A stretch of DNA of 64,000 nucleotides from Acidimicrobiales bacterium (GTDB taxonomy: Bacteria; Actinomycetota; Acidimicrobiia; Acidimicrobiales; CATQHL01): assembly GCA_965204655.1 (NCBI GenBank), contig OZ241998.1:224464-288463 (forward strand), given 5' to 3'. The position numbers were made by a program, and so were the translations under genes. A model generated the notes under the pieces. It saw only the letters and a program-made list of their open reading frames with translations, searched no databases and had not been told where the DNA came from. Below, piece after piece: positions 38,750 to 48,984 of this stretch. How positions within the stretch are numbered: position 1 is the stretch's first letter; each line of letters starts with the position of its first letter.

Positions 38750-40051
38750 GTGGAGGTGGAGGAACGCAAGGTCAAAACGCCGTCCGGGGGCATCCGAGGG
38801 ATGGTCGAGGCGCTGGGGAGACGCGCCAAGGAGGCGGCTGAGGTTCTAGCTCGCGCCTCTACCTCTCAGAAGGACGAGGCCCTTCTCGCTGGGGCTGAAG
38901 CGCTCACAGAGCGCCAGGAAGTCCTGCTAGAAGCCAACGAGGTGGACGTTGCGACGGCCAAGGAGTCTGGGATCTCTGCCGCATTGCTGGACAGGCTGCG
39001 TCTGACGCCGGAGCGCATCGCAGGCATGGCCAACGGCCTTCGGCAGTTGACTGAACTTGACGACCCCGTAGGCAAAGTCGTCGCCCGCTTTGAACGCCCC
39101 AACGGGCTTTCCGTAGAGTTGGTGCGCGTCCCGCTAGGTGTCGTGGGGATCGTCTACGAGAGCCGCCCGAACGTGACTAGCGACGCCGCCGGCCTCTGCC
39201 TCAAGTCCTCCAACGCTGCCTTCTTGAGAGGTTCTTCGGCGGCTTTGCGCTCCAATTTGGCGATCGTCTCGGTTCTTCACGGCGCCTATTCCTCTGCGGG
39301 CATCCCCAGCGACGCCTTGGTCCTCCTAGACGATCCTCGCCGGGACGCCGGAGTGGAGATGATGAAACTCGACGGTCTAGTGGACTGTCTGATACCCCGC
39401 GGCGGCCCGTCGCTCATAGCCACCATCAGGGAGAATGCCACGGTGCCCTACATCCTCGACGGGGACGGCAACTGCCACGTATACGTGGACGCCGCCGCCG
39501 ACCTGAGCATGGCCGAGGCCATCGTCGTGAACGGCAAGACGCAGCGCCCCTCGGTCTGCAACGCAACCGAATCTCTGGTGCTGCACTCTCGGATCGCCCG
39601 GGAGTTTCTGCCGTCGGTGATGCGGGCCATGCCTTCTGTCGTTTTTGTGGGCGACCGCCGGGCGCAGTTGCTAGCGCTCGCCGGCGGCGGGGACGAAATG
39701 GGCGTTGCAACCCCCGACGACTTCGCCACCGAGTACCTCGACTACAAGCTCTCGGTGCGGGTGGTGGACTCCCTGGAGGAGGGCATCGCTCACGTCAACC
39801 GCTACGGGACGGGTCATTCCGAGGTCATAGTCACCTCCGACGATCGGGCGGCGGAGCGCTTCTGTCGGGAGGTTGACGCCGCCTGTGTGCTGGTCAATGC
39901 GTCGAGTCGTTTCGTGGACGGCGAGGAAATGGGCTACGGCGCTGAGATAGGGATCAGCACGCAGAAGCTGCATGTGCGCGGCCCGATGGGTCTGGTGCAT
40001 CTCACTGCGGTGAAGAACGTCATTCGCGGCAACGGTCACGTCCGAAGCTGA
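38750..40051 (+). CDS. proA: Glutamate-5-semialdehyde dehydrogenase (gamma-glutamyl phosphate reductase)
   Basis: Aldehyde dehydrogenase fold with catalytic Cys region (QRPSVCNATESLV). Confidence 0.9.
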   Translation: MEVEERKVKTPSGGIRGMVEALGRRAKEAAEVLARASTSQKDEALLAGAEALTERQEVLLEANEVDVATAKESGISAALLDRLRLTPERIAGMANGLRQLTELDDPVGKVVARFERPNGLSVELVRVPLGVVGIVYESRPNVTSDAAGLCLKSSNAAFLRGSSAALRSNLAIVSVLHGAYSSAGIPSDALVLLDDPRRDAGVEMMKLDGLVDCLIPRGGPSLIATIRENATVPYILDGDGNCHVYVDAAADLSMAEAIVVNGKTQRPSVCNATESLVLHSRIAREFLPSVMRAMPSVVFVGDRRAQLLALAGGGDEMGVATPDDFATEYLDYKLSVRVVDSLEEGIAHVNRYGTGHSEVIVTSDDRAAERFCREVDAACVLVNASSRFVDGEEMGYGAEIGISTQKLHVRGPMGLVHLTAVKNVIRGNGHVRS

Positions 40052-40062
40052 ACCGAGTTCGG

Positions 40063-40950
40063 ATGGAGAGGCGTTTCGCAAACGCTGCTGCAGTGCAGCG
40101 CGCCCTTGCCGAGGTCAACTACTTGGCCTCCGGAGGCGTTTGCGGAGTCGTGCATCTCGGCGAAGCTCTGGGCAAGCCGGTGCTAGTGGAGGGGCCTGCG
40201 GGCACCGGCAAGACGCAGTTGGCCAAGAGCGTGGCTGAGATATGCGGCGCCCGGCTCATCCGCCTCCAGTGTTACGAAGGGCTGGACGAGAGCAAGGCGC
40301 TGTACGAGTGGAACTACAAGAAGCAACTCCTGCGCATCCAGGCCGAGAAGGAGGAGGAGCGTTCTTGGGAGGCTCTCGAGGAGGACATCTTTTCCGAAGA
40401 GTTCCTGCTTACACGCCCTTTGCTGGAGGCAATTCGCGCCAGCGATCCGGTGGTGCTGTTGGTGGACGAGGTGGACCGCATGGAAGTAGAGACCGAAGCC
40501 TTGCTGCTGGAGGTGCTCAGTGAGTACCAGGTTTCCATACCCGAGCTTGGGACGGTCAGTTCCGAACAGATCCCCATGGTGTTCTTGACTTCCAACAGCA
40601 CCAGGGAACTCTCCGAAGCTCTCAAGCGCCGCTGCCTCTACTTGTACATCGACTACCCCGATCCTGAGCGTGAGCGGGAGATAGTGCTGGCCAAGGTGCC
40701 CGGCATCACCGAAGCCTTGGCCGGCGAGGTGGCGCGGGTCGTCGGGGCTGTGCGCAACCTGGATTTGAAGAAATCTCCCTCGATCTCCGAATCGTTGGAC
40801 TGGGCTCGCACCCTGGTGCTGCTGGGGGCTGACTTTGTCGATTCCGAGGTTCTCGCCGAGACCGTCCATGTCCTGCTGAAGCACCGCAGCGACATTGAGA
40901 GATCGCGCAAGGAGTTGGCTGACGCTCCCGCCCGGGGGACAGACGGATGA
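40063..40950 (+). CDS. MoxR-family AAA+ ATPase
   Basis: Walker A GPAGTGKT, Walker B LLVDEVDR. About 295 aa. Followed by a VWA protein. Confidence 0.8.
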   Translation: MERRFANAAAVQRALAEVNYLASGGVCGVVHLGEALGKPVLVEGPAGTGKTQLAKSVAEICGARLIRLQCYEGLDESKALYEWNYKKQLLRIQAEKEEERSWEALEEDIFSEEFLLTRPLLEAIRASDPVVLLVDEVDRMEVETEALLLEVLSEYQVSIPELGTVSSEQIPMVFLTSNSTRELSEALKRRCLYLYIDYPDPEREREIVLAKVPGITEALAGEVARVVGAVRNLDLKKSPSISESLDWARTLVLLGADFVDSEVLAETVHVLLKHRSDIERSRKELADAPARGTDG

Positions 40951-42392
40951 CCCCTTCGGCGATGAACTCGTCTGCGGAGACCCCGTCGCTTCAGAATCTG
41001 CTCGTTGACTTCTCAGGGGCGCTGCGGCGGGTCGGTCTTCCGGTCAGCCTCACCGAGCGCATAGACGCCGTGGAAGCCGTTCGCTGTGTGGATCTCACCG
41101 ACAGGGATGCGCTGAAGTCAGCCCTGGGAGCCGTCTTGGTCAAGAACCGATCCCACTACCCGGCGTTTGAGACCCTTTTTGACGTTTATTTTTCGCTTAG
41201 AGGCGTTGAGTACGAGAGCGCTGACGGCGCTTGGCCGGATGAGTTCGACCCTGCCTACATCCTGGATCCTGACGATCCGCCGGAATCGCAAGGTGAGTCC
41301 CTCAGCGAGGAGGAACTGGCCCGGATGCTGATGGCAGCCTTGGCCGAGGGCAGCGCCGGAGGCCTAGCCGCAGTCGCTAGGCGGGCGGTGCAGCGCTACG
41401 CCGGCATGGAACCGGGCCGACCAGTGGGCGGCACTTACTACCTCTACCGAACTCTCCGCCACCTTCACTTAGAGGAACTCGTCGACCGCCTCGTCGAAGA
41501 GTTGGGGGAGGCTGACCCGCTGGAGAGGAGGCTGAGGCGGGTCGAACTTCAGGATCGGATCGACCGCCTGAGCGCTGAGGTGGAAGCCGAGATACGCCGC
41601 CGACTAGTGGCCGACCGAGGGCATGAAACCATGTCTTCAATGCTCAGCCGTCCGCTGCCTGAAGACGTGGAGTTCATGCACGCCAGCGGCGGGGAACTCG
41701 AGCAAATCCGGCGGGCGGTGACGCCGCTGACACGCAAGCTTGCAGCCAAGCTCGCTCGGAAACGCAAGAGCCGCAGCCGCGGGGCGCTGGACTATCGAAG
41801 GACTTTCCGCGATTCTTTGAGCAGCGGGGGGGTGCCGGTTGAGCCCAAGTTCCGCCGCGCTCGGCCGTCCAAGCCAGAGATGGTGATTATCGCGGACGTC
41901 AGCGGGTCGGTGGCTGCCTTCGCCCGTTTCACCTTGCACCTCATGTACGCCGTGAACAGTCACTTCTCCAAGGTGCGTTCCTTCGTGTTCATTGACGGAC
42001 TTGACGAGGTGTCTCACCTCTTTGAGCGCAGCGAGGAGGTGTCCGAAGCCATCCGCCGGATCAACACGGAGGCAGACGTGGTGTGGCTGGACGGACACTC
42101 CGACTACGGACACGCCCTGGGTGTCTTCTGGGAAAAGTACGAAGGGGCCGTAGGCCCCAGAACCTCCGTGCTTGTTCTAGGCGACGCCCGCAGCAACTAT
42201 CACGCTTCGGGTGCGTGGGTCTTGGAAAAACTGAAAGGCAAGGCGCGTCGAGTGTTCTGGCTGAACCCCGAACCGCGTTCTTACTGGGACACGGGGGATT
42301 CGGTAATGCGGGAGTACCTGCCTCACTGCGACGGGGTACACGAGGTACGGACGCTCCGTCAACTAGAGCGCTTCGTGGAGCGGACGTTCTGA
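40947..42392 (+). CDS. VWA-domain protein (CoxE-like), MoxR partner
   Basis: VWA MIDAS region MVIIADVSGSV. Start overlaps the MoxR stop. Confidence 0.75.
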   Translation: MTPSAMNSSAETPSLQNLLVDFSGALRRVGLPVSLTERIDAVEAVRCVDLTDRDALKSALGAVLVKNRSHYPAFETLFDVYFSLRGVEYESADGAWPDEFDPAYILDPDDPPESQGESLSEEELARMLMAALAEGSAGGLAAVARRAVQRYAGMEPGRPVGGTYYLYRTLRHLHLEELVDRLVEELGEADPLERRLRRVELQDRIDRLSAEVEAEIRRRLVADRGHETMSSMLSRPLPEDVEFMHASGGELEQIRRAVTPLTRKLAAKLARKRKSRSRGALDYRRTFRDSLSSGGVPVEPKFRRARPSKPEMVIIADVSGSVAAFARFTLHLMYAVNSHFSKVRSFVFIDGLDEVSHLFERSEEVSEAIRRINTEADVVWLDGHSDYGHALGVFWEKYEGAVGPRTSVLVLGDARSNYHASGAWVLEKLKGKARRVFWLNPEPRSYWDTGDSVMREYLPHCDGVHEVRTLRQLERFVERTF

Positions 42393-42559
42393 GCGGCTGA
42401 GCGTCCTGTTCGGGGATGGGCTCAGGCGACTCCCAAAACACTTTTCCTAAACTGCTTTGAATGCCAGCAAGCCCCGAAGCGCATCCCAGCGCCCGACTGA
42501 TCATCGCCGGCAAACTCGACCTTGACGCCTAGCGGACTTCAGGAAAGAGGCCAGGACGC

Positions 42560-45274
42560 TTGACAGATCTACTTTTAATAGACGGCCACTCCTTGGCGTA
42601 TCGCGCCTTCTACGCAGTTCCCGAGGAAATGTCCACTTCCTCGGGTCAGGTCACCAACGCCGTTTATGGCTTCACGAGCATGCTCATCAACCTGCTGCGT
42701 GATCACGAGCCCGGATTAATGGCCGTGGCCTTCGACCTTCCTGGCCGGACGTTCCGCCACGAACTCGACGGGGAGTACAAAGCCACCCGAACCAAGCCCC
42801 CGAGCGTGTTCATTTCCCAACTGGGCCTGATCAAGGAGGTGCTCTCAGCTCTAGGAGTGCGGATTCTGGAGGTCGAAGGCGTGGAGGCCGACGACATCCT
42901 GGCAACCCTGTCGGCGCAGGCGAGAGACCGCGAGCGCAAGACGGTCATCGTCACCGGAGACCGCGACGTTTTTCAGTTGGTGGAGGATCCTTTTGTCTCT
43001 GTTCTCTTCACCCGTCAGGGCGTTTCCAACCAGGTGCTCTACGACGAGGCGGGCATCTTTGAGCGCACCGGCGTGCGTCCTGCTGACTACGTGCAGTACG
43101 CCGCCTTGCGGGGTGATGCATCCGACAACCTCCCGGGCGTCCGGGGGGTGGGGGTGAAGACCGCAGCCCTGCTCGTGAACGAATTCGACGGCGTAGAGGG
43201 CATCTACGCTGATCTCAATGCGCACCCTTCCGGGCGCAGCAAGAATCTTGCGGAAGCCGAGGAGAGGGTGCGCCTCAATCTGCAGATGATGACGCTGCGT
43301 CGCGACGTGGAACTTCCGGTTTCCGTTGACGACCTCGCCTTTGAGTACGACGGGGGTGAACTGACCAGGCTCTTTGAGTTCCTGGAGTTCAACAAAATCC
43401 TGCTTTCACTGAGCGAGGTGCTGGACTTAGGGTCGGTTTCCGTCCCGGTTTCTCAGCCCTTGAGCCCAGTTCTGCGGCGTCCATCCGGGGCGGACGACGC
43501 CGCAGAAGTGATAAGGGATATCGCCCGCCTCAAACAGCCAGCGGCGGTCAGCATTGCTCGGGGTGACTCTGCGGATAACGCTTCGGTGATCGGTCTGGCC
43601 TTTGCCGGAGCATCCGAGGAGGAGGTGATGTGGCTGTCCGCTAAGTATCTCAGCGACGACGGCGTGCTGGAGGCTCTCAGGGATTTGGTCAAGGAGGACG
43701 GGGTTCCTTTGGTGGCGCACGATTCCAAGGACATAATGCGCTTCTTGTTGCTCCGGGAGGTGGACGTCAAGAGCTTGAGTATGGACACCGCCATCGCCGC
43801 CTATCTGCTCAACCCGACGGGTCGGCGGCCTCTTGTAGGGGAACTGCTGGAACGCCACACGGAATTCCACCTTGTTTCGGAATTGGAGGGTGAGGAGAAC
43901 GCAGACGACGCGGGGGAGCAACTCTCTTTGGGGGGAATGGGGTCTTCGGAAGAGGAGAGCCGTCGCGAGCAGCAGGCCGCCGCCGAAGCCTTGGCAGTTG
44001 CTCGTCTAGAGGCACCTATGCGGACGGCGCTCGCCAAGGCCGGGCAAGAGAGGTTGCACGACGATATTGAGACGCCCCTGGTTCGGGTGCTGGCGCGCAT
44101 GGAGCATCGGGGGATCGGCGTTGACCTAGAGGGTTTGCGCGATCTCACCAAGAGTCTGGAAAAGAGGGTAGAGGAACTCCGCAAGCAGATCCTGGCCGAG
44201 GCTGGGGTGGAGAATCTGAACCTCGACTCTCCGAAGCAGTTAGGCAGGCTCCTGTTCAACGAACTGGGTTTGATTCCCCGGAAGAAGACCAAGACAGGGG
44301 CGTTTTCTACGGCGGCCCGCGAGCTGGAGAAGTTGCGCGGCAAGCACCAGGTGGTGAATCTCCTTCTGGACTACCGAGAGGTCAGCAAACTCTGTTCTAC
44401 CTACGGGCATGGTCTGCAGAAAGAGGTGGATCCTGGCACAGGGCGAATCCACGCCACCTTCAACCAGACGGTGGCGCGCACCGGGAGGCTCAGTTCGGAC
44501 GCTCCCAACCTGCACAACATCCCGGTTCGCACCGAGACAGGAAAGGCTTTCCGCAGCGTCTTCGTGGCAGAGGAGGGCAACGCACTGCTAGTGGCTGACT
44601 ACAACCAGATTGAGTTGCGCTGCATCGCCCACCTGTCCGAAGACGAGGGTCTGCTTGAAGCCTTCAAGGCCGGAGAGGACATTCACCGCTCCACCGCAGC
44701 ACGGGTTTTCGGTGTGGAGGAGGAAGCAGTCACCTTTGAGCAACGCAACGTAGCCAAGATGGTTGCTTACGGACTCTCCTACGGCATGGAGTCCTACGGT
44801 CTGTCTGAAAGGCTGCACATTTCCACCGAGGAGGCGCAGGAGATACTTGACGCCTACTTTGATGCGTTCCCGGGCGTCATGAGTTACATGCACCGCTCGG
44901 TGGTTGAAGCCCGGGATCGGGGATACACGGAGACCCTTTTCGGGCGCAGAAGGCCGATACCCGAACTGCGTTCCGAGAACGTCCGCATACGTCAGGCTGC
45001 CGAGCGTCAGGCCATGAACGCGGGAATTCAGGGGTTGGCGGCCGACATCTTTAAGGCGGCCCTGGTGAACCTAGACCATTCCCTTGAGAACGAAGGGTTG
45101 GCTAGCCAGATCATTCTTCAAGTGCACGATGAGGTAATCCTTGAGGTGCCAACCTCCGAACTGGAGGCGGCTGGCTCACTGGTGGAAAAGGAGATGTCCG
45201 GAGCCTGTGAACTGAAGGTGCCTCTCGCCGTGGACATGAAGTCCGGGCGAACTTGGCTGGATGCCAAGAATTGA
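42560..45274 (+). CDS. polA: DNA polymerase I
   Basis: 5'-3' exonuclease N-domain, 3'-5' exo-like region, polymerase motifs A (DYNQIELR) and B (RRxxKxxNFG-like RRPIPEL / KMVAYGLSYG). Confidence 0.95.
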   Translation: MTDLLLIDGHSLAYRAFYAVPEEMSTSSGQVTNAVYGFTSMLINLLRDHEPGLMAVAFDLPGRTFRHELDGEYKATRTKPPSVFISQLGLIKEVLSALGVRILEVEGVEADDILATLSAQARDRERKTVIVTGDRDVFQLVEDPFVSVLFTRQGVSNQVLYDEAGIFERTGVRPADYVQYAALRGDASDNLPGVRGVGVKTAALLVNEFDGVEGIYADLNAHPSGRSKNLAEAEERVRLNLQMMTLRRDVELPVSVDDLAFEYDGGELTRLFEFLEFNKILLSLSEVLDLGSVSVPVSQPLSPVLRRPSGADDAAEVIRDIARLKQPAAVSIARGDSADNASVIGLAFAGASEEEVMWLSAKYLSDDGVLEALRDLVKEDGVPLVAHDSKDIMRFLLLREVDVKSLSMDTAIAAYLLNPTGRRPLVGELLERHTEFHLVSELEGEENADDAGEQLSLGGMGSSEEESRREQQAAAEALAVARLEAPMRTALAKAGQERLHDDIETPLVRVLARMEHRGIGVDLEGLRDLTKSLEKRVEELRKQILAEAGVENLNLDSPKQLGRLLFNELGLIPRKKTKTGAFSTAARELEKLRGKHQVVNLLLDYREVSKLCSTYGHGLQKEVDPGTGRIHATFNQTVARTGRLSSDAPNLHNIPVRTETGKAFRSVFVAEEGNALLVADYNQIELRCIAHLSEDEGLLEAFKAGEDIHRSTAARVFGVEEEAVTFEQRNVAKMVAYGLSYGMESYGLSERLHISTEEAQEILDAYFDAFPGVMSYMHRSVVEARDRGYTETLFGRRRPIPELRSENVRIRQAAERQAMNAGIQGLAADIFKAALVNLDHSLENEGLASQIILQVHDEVILEVPTSELEAAGSLVEKEMSGACELKVPLAVDMKSGRTWLDAKN

Positions 45275-45416
45275 GCTTACTATATTTGTACTGATATAAA
45301 ATATATTGATAATACTTTAAATACTATATAATAAGCACTGCTTCCCCAAAGTACAAGCGGCCTGTCGTCCCCGAGGTTAAGGCGGCGCGAGCAACCGCAG
45401 GAGGAGGCAGAGGACT

Positions 45417-46154
45417 GTGGGGGAGCCCGGAGCAGCGAGGGGGCCGGAGGGTTTCGAACCTGAGAGCGGAGCCCCCGGACTCGGCGGGGAGTTCGGCAGC
45501 AAGGAATGGCTGAGGACTGCTCTGCGCGACCGGGTGCAGAGCTTGGGGCTCGCTAAGGGTCGTATTCTCGGCGCGTTGGCCGTTCTGGTTGTGCTGGCGG
45601 CGGGAGGTTATTTCCTGCTCAGACCGGAGCCTGCACCCCCCGTCGTGCCCAGGGCGCTGCCGATGCCGCCGCCGGAACTCATTGAGGTTCCAGAGGCTGG
45701 CGAAGAGATGGGCGAGGAGATGTTTGTGCACGCCGCCGGAGCGGTTCGGAATCCTGGCGTGTACCGCTTCGCCGATGAAGCGCGAGTGGTGGATCTCCTG
45801 TTCGCGGCAGGAGGGTCGGCGCCCAACGCCGACCTAGCGAGGGTGAACCTTGCTTCTCTGCTGAACGACGGCTCGCAGGTCTTCTTTCCCTTTGTGGGTG
45901 AGGAGCCTCCCCCTCTGGCTGTCGGTGGGGAAACGGCAGGCGAATCGGAGACGAGCGGCCCTGTTGACATCAATACCGCCGCGGCGGCAGCCCTCCAAAA
46001 TCTGCCTGGGGTGGGGCCGGTTATCGCCGCAGCCATTGAGGAGCACCGCGCCAACCACGGCCCTTACGACTCAGTGGACGCTCTGCTGGATGTCACCGGA
46101 ATCGGTCCTGCCAAATTGGATCAACTCCGCCCGCACGTAAGCGTCGGACCGTGA
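45417..46154 (+). CDS. comEA: ComEA-family DNA-binding protein (SLBB domain plus tandem helix-hairpin-helix)
   Basis: VNLNTA-like VDINTAAAAALQNLPGVGPVIAAAI HhH motif. N-terminal TM helix. Confidence 0.8.
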   Translation: MGEPGAARGPEGFEPESGAPGLGGEFGSKEWLRTALRDRVQSLGLAKGRILGALAVLVVLAAGGYFLLRPEPAPPVVPRALPMPPPELIEVPEAGEEMGEEMFVHAAGAVRNPGVYRFADEARVVDLLFAAGGSAPNADLARVNLASLLNDGSQVFFPFVGEEPPPLAVGGETAGESETSGPVDINTAAAAALQNLPGVGPVIAAAIEEHRANHGPYDSVDALLDVTGIGPAKLDQLRPHVSVGP

Positions 46155-46188
46155 GCGGAGCGGACTAGCCGAACGGAGCGAAGGGGTA

Positions 46189-48030
46189 ATGTCCGACCGC
46201 TGGTCGTACGCCATGGCCGTCTGCGCCCTGGCTGGTGCGTTGATACCGGTAGCCGGCCCTAGATTGGTGGCAGCGGCGTTTCTGCTCCTTGCCCTGCTGC
46301 TGCGGCGCCCGCTTCTGTTGTGCGCGGGGGTGGCAGTTCTGGCCTCTTTTCTCTCGTCTGCTGCCGCGACGGCTGCCGCCCGCGACGTAGAAGCGGGAAT
46401 CTTTGAAGGCGAACTTCGGCTGGTCAGCGATCCTGAGTATCTCAATCCGGGCACACGCTTCTTAGCCGATTCGGACGAGGGACGCCTGGAGGTCTGGGGC
46501 TGGGGGTCGGCTGGGGGGCGTCTCTCCCGCCGTCTGGCGGGGGAGAAGGTTCAGGTCGCCGGACGCCTTTCTGAACTGCCCGAGGGCCGCGACTGGCTGC
46601 GCAGGGAGGGCGTGATCGGACGCCTGAGCGTGGAGAGTGTGCTTGGGTTTTCCGGGCCGCCTCCTCACTACGGCATCGCCAACAAGATACGGGCCACCCT
46701 TGAGCGAGGAGCGGAATCCATGAGCCGAGATGACCGGGCGCTCTTTACGGGCATGGTCTACGGAGACGACCGCGCCCAATCTCCGGTTACCGCCGACGAC
46801 TTCCGGGCGGCGGGTCTGACGCATCTGCTGGCGGTGTCCGGGCAGAACGTGGCTTTCGTGCTCTTGCTCTGCCGTCCGCTGCTCTGCCGGCTGGGGTTGC
46901 GGGTGCGCTGGGTGATCGTGCTGGGCGTGCTGCTGCTTTTTGCCACAGTCACGCGCTTTGAGCCGTCAGTGATGCGCGCCACAGCGATGGCCGCCCTGGC
47001 AGCCACTGCGGGCATGCTGGGACGGGAGTCGACTGGCCGGAGAAACCTGGCTCTGGCGGTAACCGCACTGGTATTGCTGGACCCGCTGCTGGTGCACTCC
47101 CTGGCGTTCCGGCTCTCGGTGGCGGCTTCTCTGGGCATCCTGTTCTGGAGCAGCAGGATGGCAGACGGAGTGCCCGGCCCTCGGCTTCTGGCGTCCGCCC
47201 TGGCGGTGACGGTGGCGGCGCAACTTGCCGTCTCCCCGCTTCTCATAGCTACTTTCGGCGGAGTTCCGGTGGCTGCGCTTCCCGCTAACCTGCTGGCTGC
47301 TCCGGCGGCTGCCCCTGTGATGCTCTGGGGGATCACAGGCGGGTTCTTGGCCGGCCTGGTGGGCGGGCCTGTTGCGGGAGTGCTGCACTGGCCCACGCGG
47401 GCTCTCGTCTGGTGGGTGAGCAGCGTGGCAGAGGCCATGACGCAGTTGCAGATGGGGGAGTTGGGGGCGGTCCACGTCGCCGTCCTGGGGCTGACGCTGG
47501 GTTCAGTGGTCATGATCCTGCGCCGCCGTTTACTCGTGGTCTCCGCTTGGGCGTTGGTTGCGGTTGTGCTGCTCCTCCCCGCAGTTGCGCAACGCACCTC
47601 GCCGCCCGATCTTCAGACGGAGGTGGGATGGGAGTCCACGCTTTGGAGCAGCGACGGGGCGGCCGTCCTGCTCTTAGGATCGAGCGAGAACTCTGAACGG
47701 CTTCTGGGGGACGTCCGGGCGGCGGGGGTTCGCCGGGTAGATCTGATAGCCGCCCGCTCAGGGGGCGTGAAGTCGGCTCGCGTGGCAGCCGACCTCAAGG
47801 AGAGACACCACAAGGCAGTGGTGTGGGCTCCCGTTGACAACAAAATCCCCTTTTCAGTCGTCCCGCCCGACGGCAGCCTGGTAGACGTAGGCAACCTGGA
47901 GGTATACGTTGCTGAAAACGAGCCGCGCCTGGAGGTTCTGGTAAGCAGCCGGGGAAGCCCCCAGAGCCGCTCTGCTACTGGAAAAGAGCAGGTTACGGGG
48001 CTGTCAGCAGATCCGAGCGGATGGGGCTAG
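46189..48030 (+). CDS. comEC: ComEC/Rec2-family DNA internalisation channel protein. The C-terminal metallo-beta-lactamase motif is not recognisable.
   Basis: DUF4131 plus competence-domain TM core (LTHLLAVSGQNVAFVLL). No HxHxDH seen in the C-terminal 150 aa. Confidence 0.75.
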   Translation: MSDRWSYAMAVCALAGALIPVAGPRLVAAAFLLLALLLRRPLLLCAGVAVLASFLSSAAATAAARDVEAGIFEGELRLVSDPEYLNPGTRFLADSDEGRLEVWGWGSAGGRLSRRLAGEKVQVAGRLSELPEGRDWLRREGVIGRLSVESVLGFSGPPPHYGIANKIRATLERGAESMSRDDRALFTGMVYGDDRAQSPVTADDFRAAGLTHLLAVSGQNVAFVLLLCRPLLCRLGLRVRWVIVLGVLLLFATVTRFEPSVMRATAMAALAATAGMLGRESTGRRNLALAVTALVLLDPLLVHSLAFRLSVAASLGILFWSSRMADGVPGPRLLASALAVTVAAQLAVSPLLIATFGGVPVAALPANLLAAPAAAPVMLWGITGGFLAGLVGGPVAGVLHWPTRALVWWVSSVAEAMTQLQMGELGAVHVAVLGLTLGSVVMILRRRLLVVSAWALVAVVLLLPAVAQRTSPPDLQTEVGWESTLWSSDGAAVLLLGSSENSERLLGDVRAAGVRRVDLIAARSGGVKSARVAADLKERHHKAVVWAPVDNKIPFSVVPPDGSLVDVGNLEVYVAENEPRLEVLVSSRGSPQSRSATGKEQVTGLSADPSGWG

Positions 48031-48042
48031 TAGTTTTGAAAC

Positions 48043-48939
48043 GTGAGAAACATGGTGTTGCGGCTGGGCGAGCGCCGCTACGACCTCTCAGAGAGGTGCT
48101 TGGTGATGGGCATCCTGAACCGCACCCCGGATTCCTTCTACGACGCCGGCGTTTGCTGGGATTTCGACGACTTCCTTCGCAAGGCGGAAGAACTGGTTTC
48201 GTCTGAAGCCGACATTCTCGACGTGGGAGGTGTCCGGGCAGCACCGGGCGAGGAGATCTCAGGCGATGAGGAGGCGTCGAGGGTGCTGCCCGCAATTGAA
48301 GCGCTGGTTGAACGCTTTGACGTTCCCCTCTCGGTGGACACCTGGAGGGCGTCGGTGGCAGAGGCCGCCTTCGCGGCGGGAGCCATCCTGGGCAATGACA
48401 TCAGCGGGTTTGCTGACCCCGACTACCTTGAGGTGGCCGCTTCCGCCGGAGCAAGCGTGGTCGCCTGCCACGTTAGGCTGGCCCCGCGTCTAGCTGACCC
48501 CGACCCCAGCTACGGAGACCTGCACGGAGAGGTTCGCAGCTATCTGCTCGAACGGGCGCTCTGGGCGGAAACCGCAGGGCTGGAGAGGGCGCAGATACTG
48601 CTCGACGTCGGGCTCGACCTCGGCAAGACGCCCGAGATGTCGGCCGATCTCCTGAGAAAAAGAGAGTGGTGGAAAGAGACGCAATACCCCGTGCTGCTCT
48701 CGGCGTCCAACAAGGGGTTCTTGGGCTGGCTCTGCGGCAGGGAAGTAGGGGATCGGAGAGCTGCGACCACGGCGGCGCACTTTCTGGGGGCGCTGGGAGG
48801 TTGTGCTGTGATTCGAGCTCACGACGTCCGCCGGAGTCGTTACGCGGCGGATATTGCGTGTGCGCTTAAGCGCCGCCGGGCGGAGTTGCTTGACAGCGGA
48901 GACGCCGTCGGGGGCTGCGCTTCCGCCGAGCGTCGGTGA
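48043..48939 (+). CDS. folP: Dihydropteroate synthase-like (pterin-binding TIM barrel) protein
   Basis: MGILNRTPDSFYD and DILDVGG motifs of the DHPS/pterin-binding fold. Confidence 0.75.
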   Translation: MRNMVLRLGERRYDLSERCLVMGILNRTPDSFYDAGVCWDFDDFLRKAEELVSSEADILDVGGVRAAPGEEISGDEEASRVLPAIEALVERFDVPLSVDTWRASVAEAAFAAGAILGNDISGFADPDYLEVAASAGASVVACHVRLAPRLADPDPSYGDLHGEVRSYLLERALWAETAGLERAQILLDVGLDLGKTPEMSADLLRKREWWKETQYPVLLSASNKGFLGWLCGREVGDRRAATTAAHFLGALGGCAVIRAHDVRRSRYAADIACALKRRRAELLDSGDAVGGCASAERR

Positions 48940-48984
48940 CGGCCGCGATGGGCGAGTAGTAAAGGACGACCGGATGAAGTCCTT

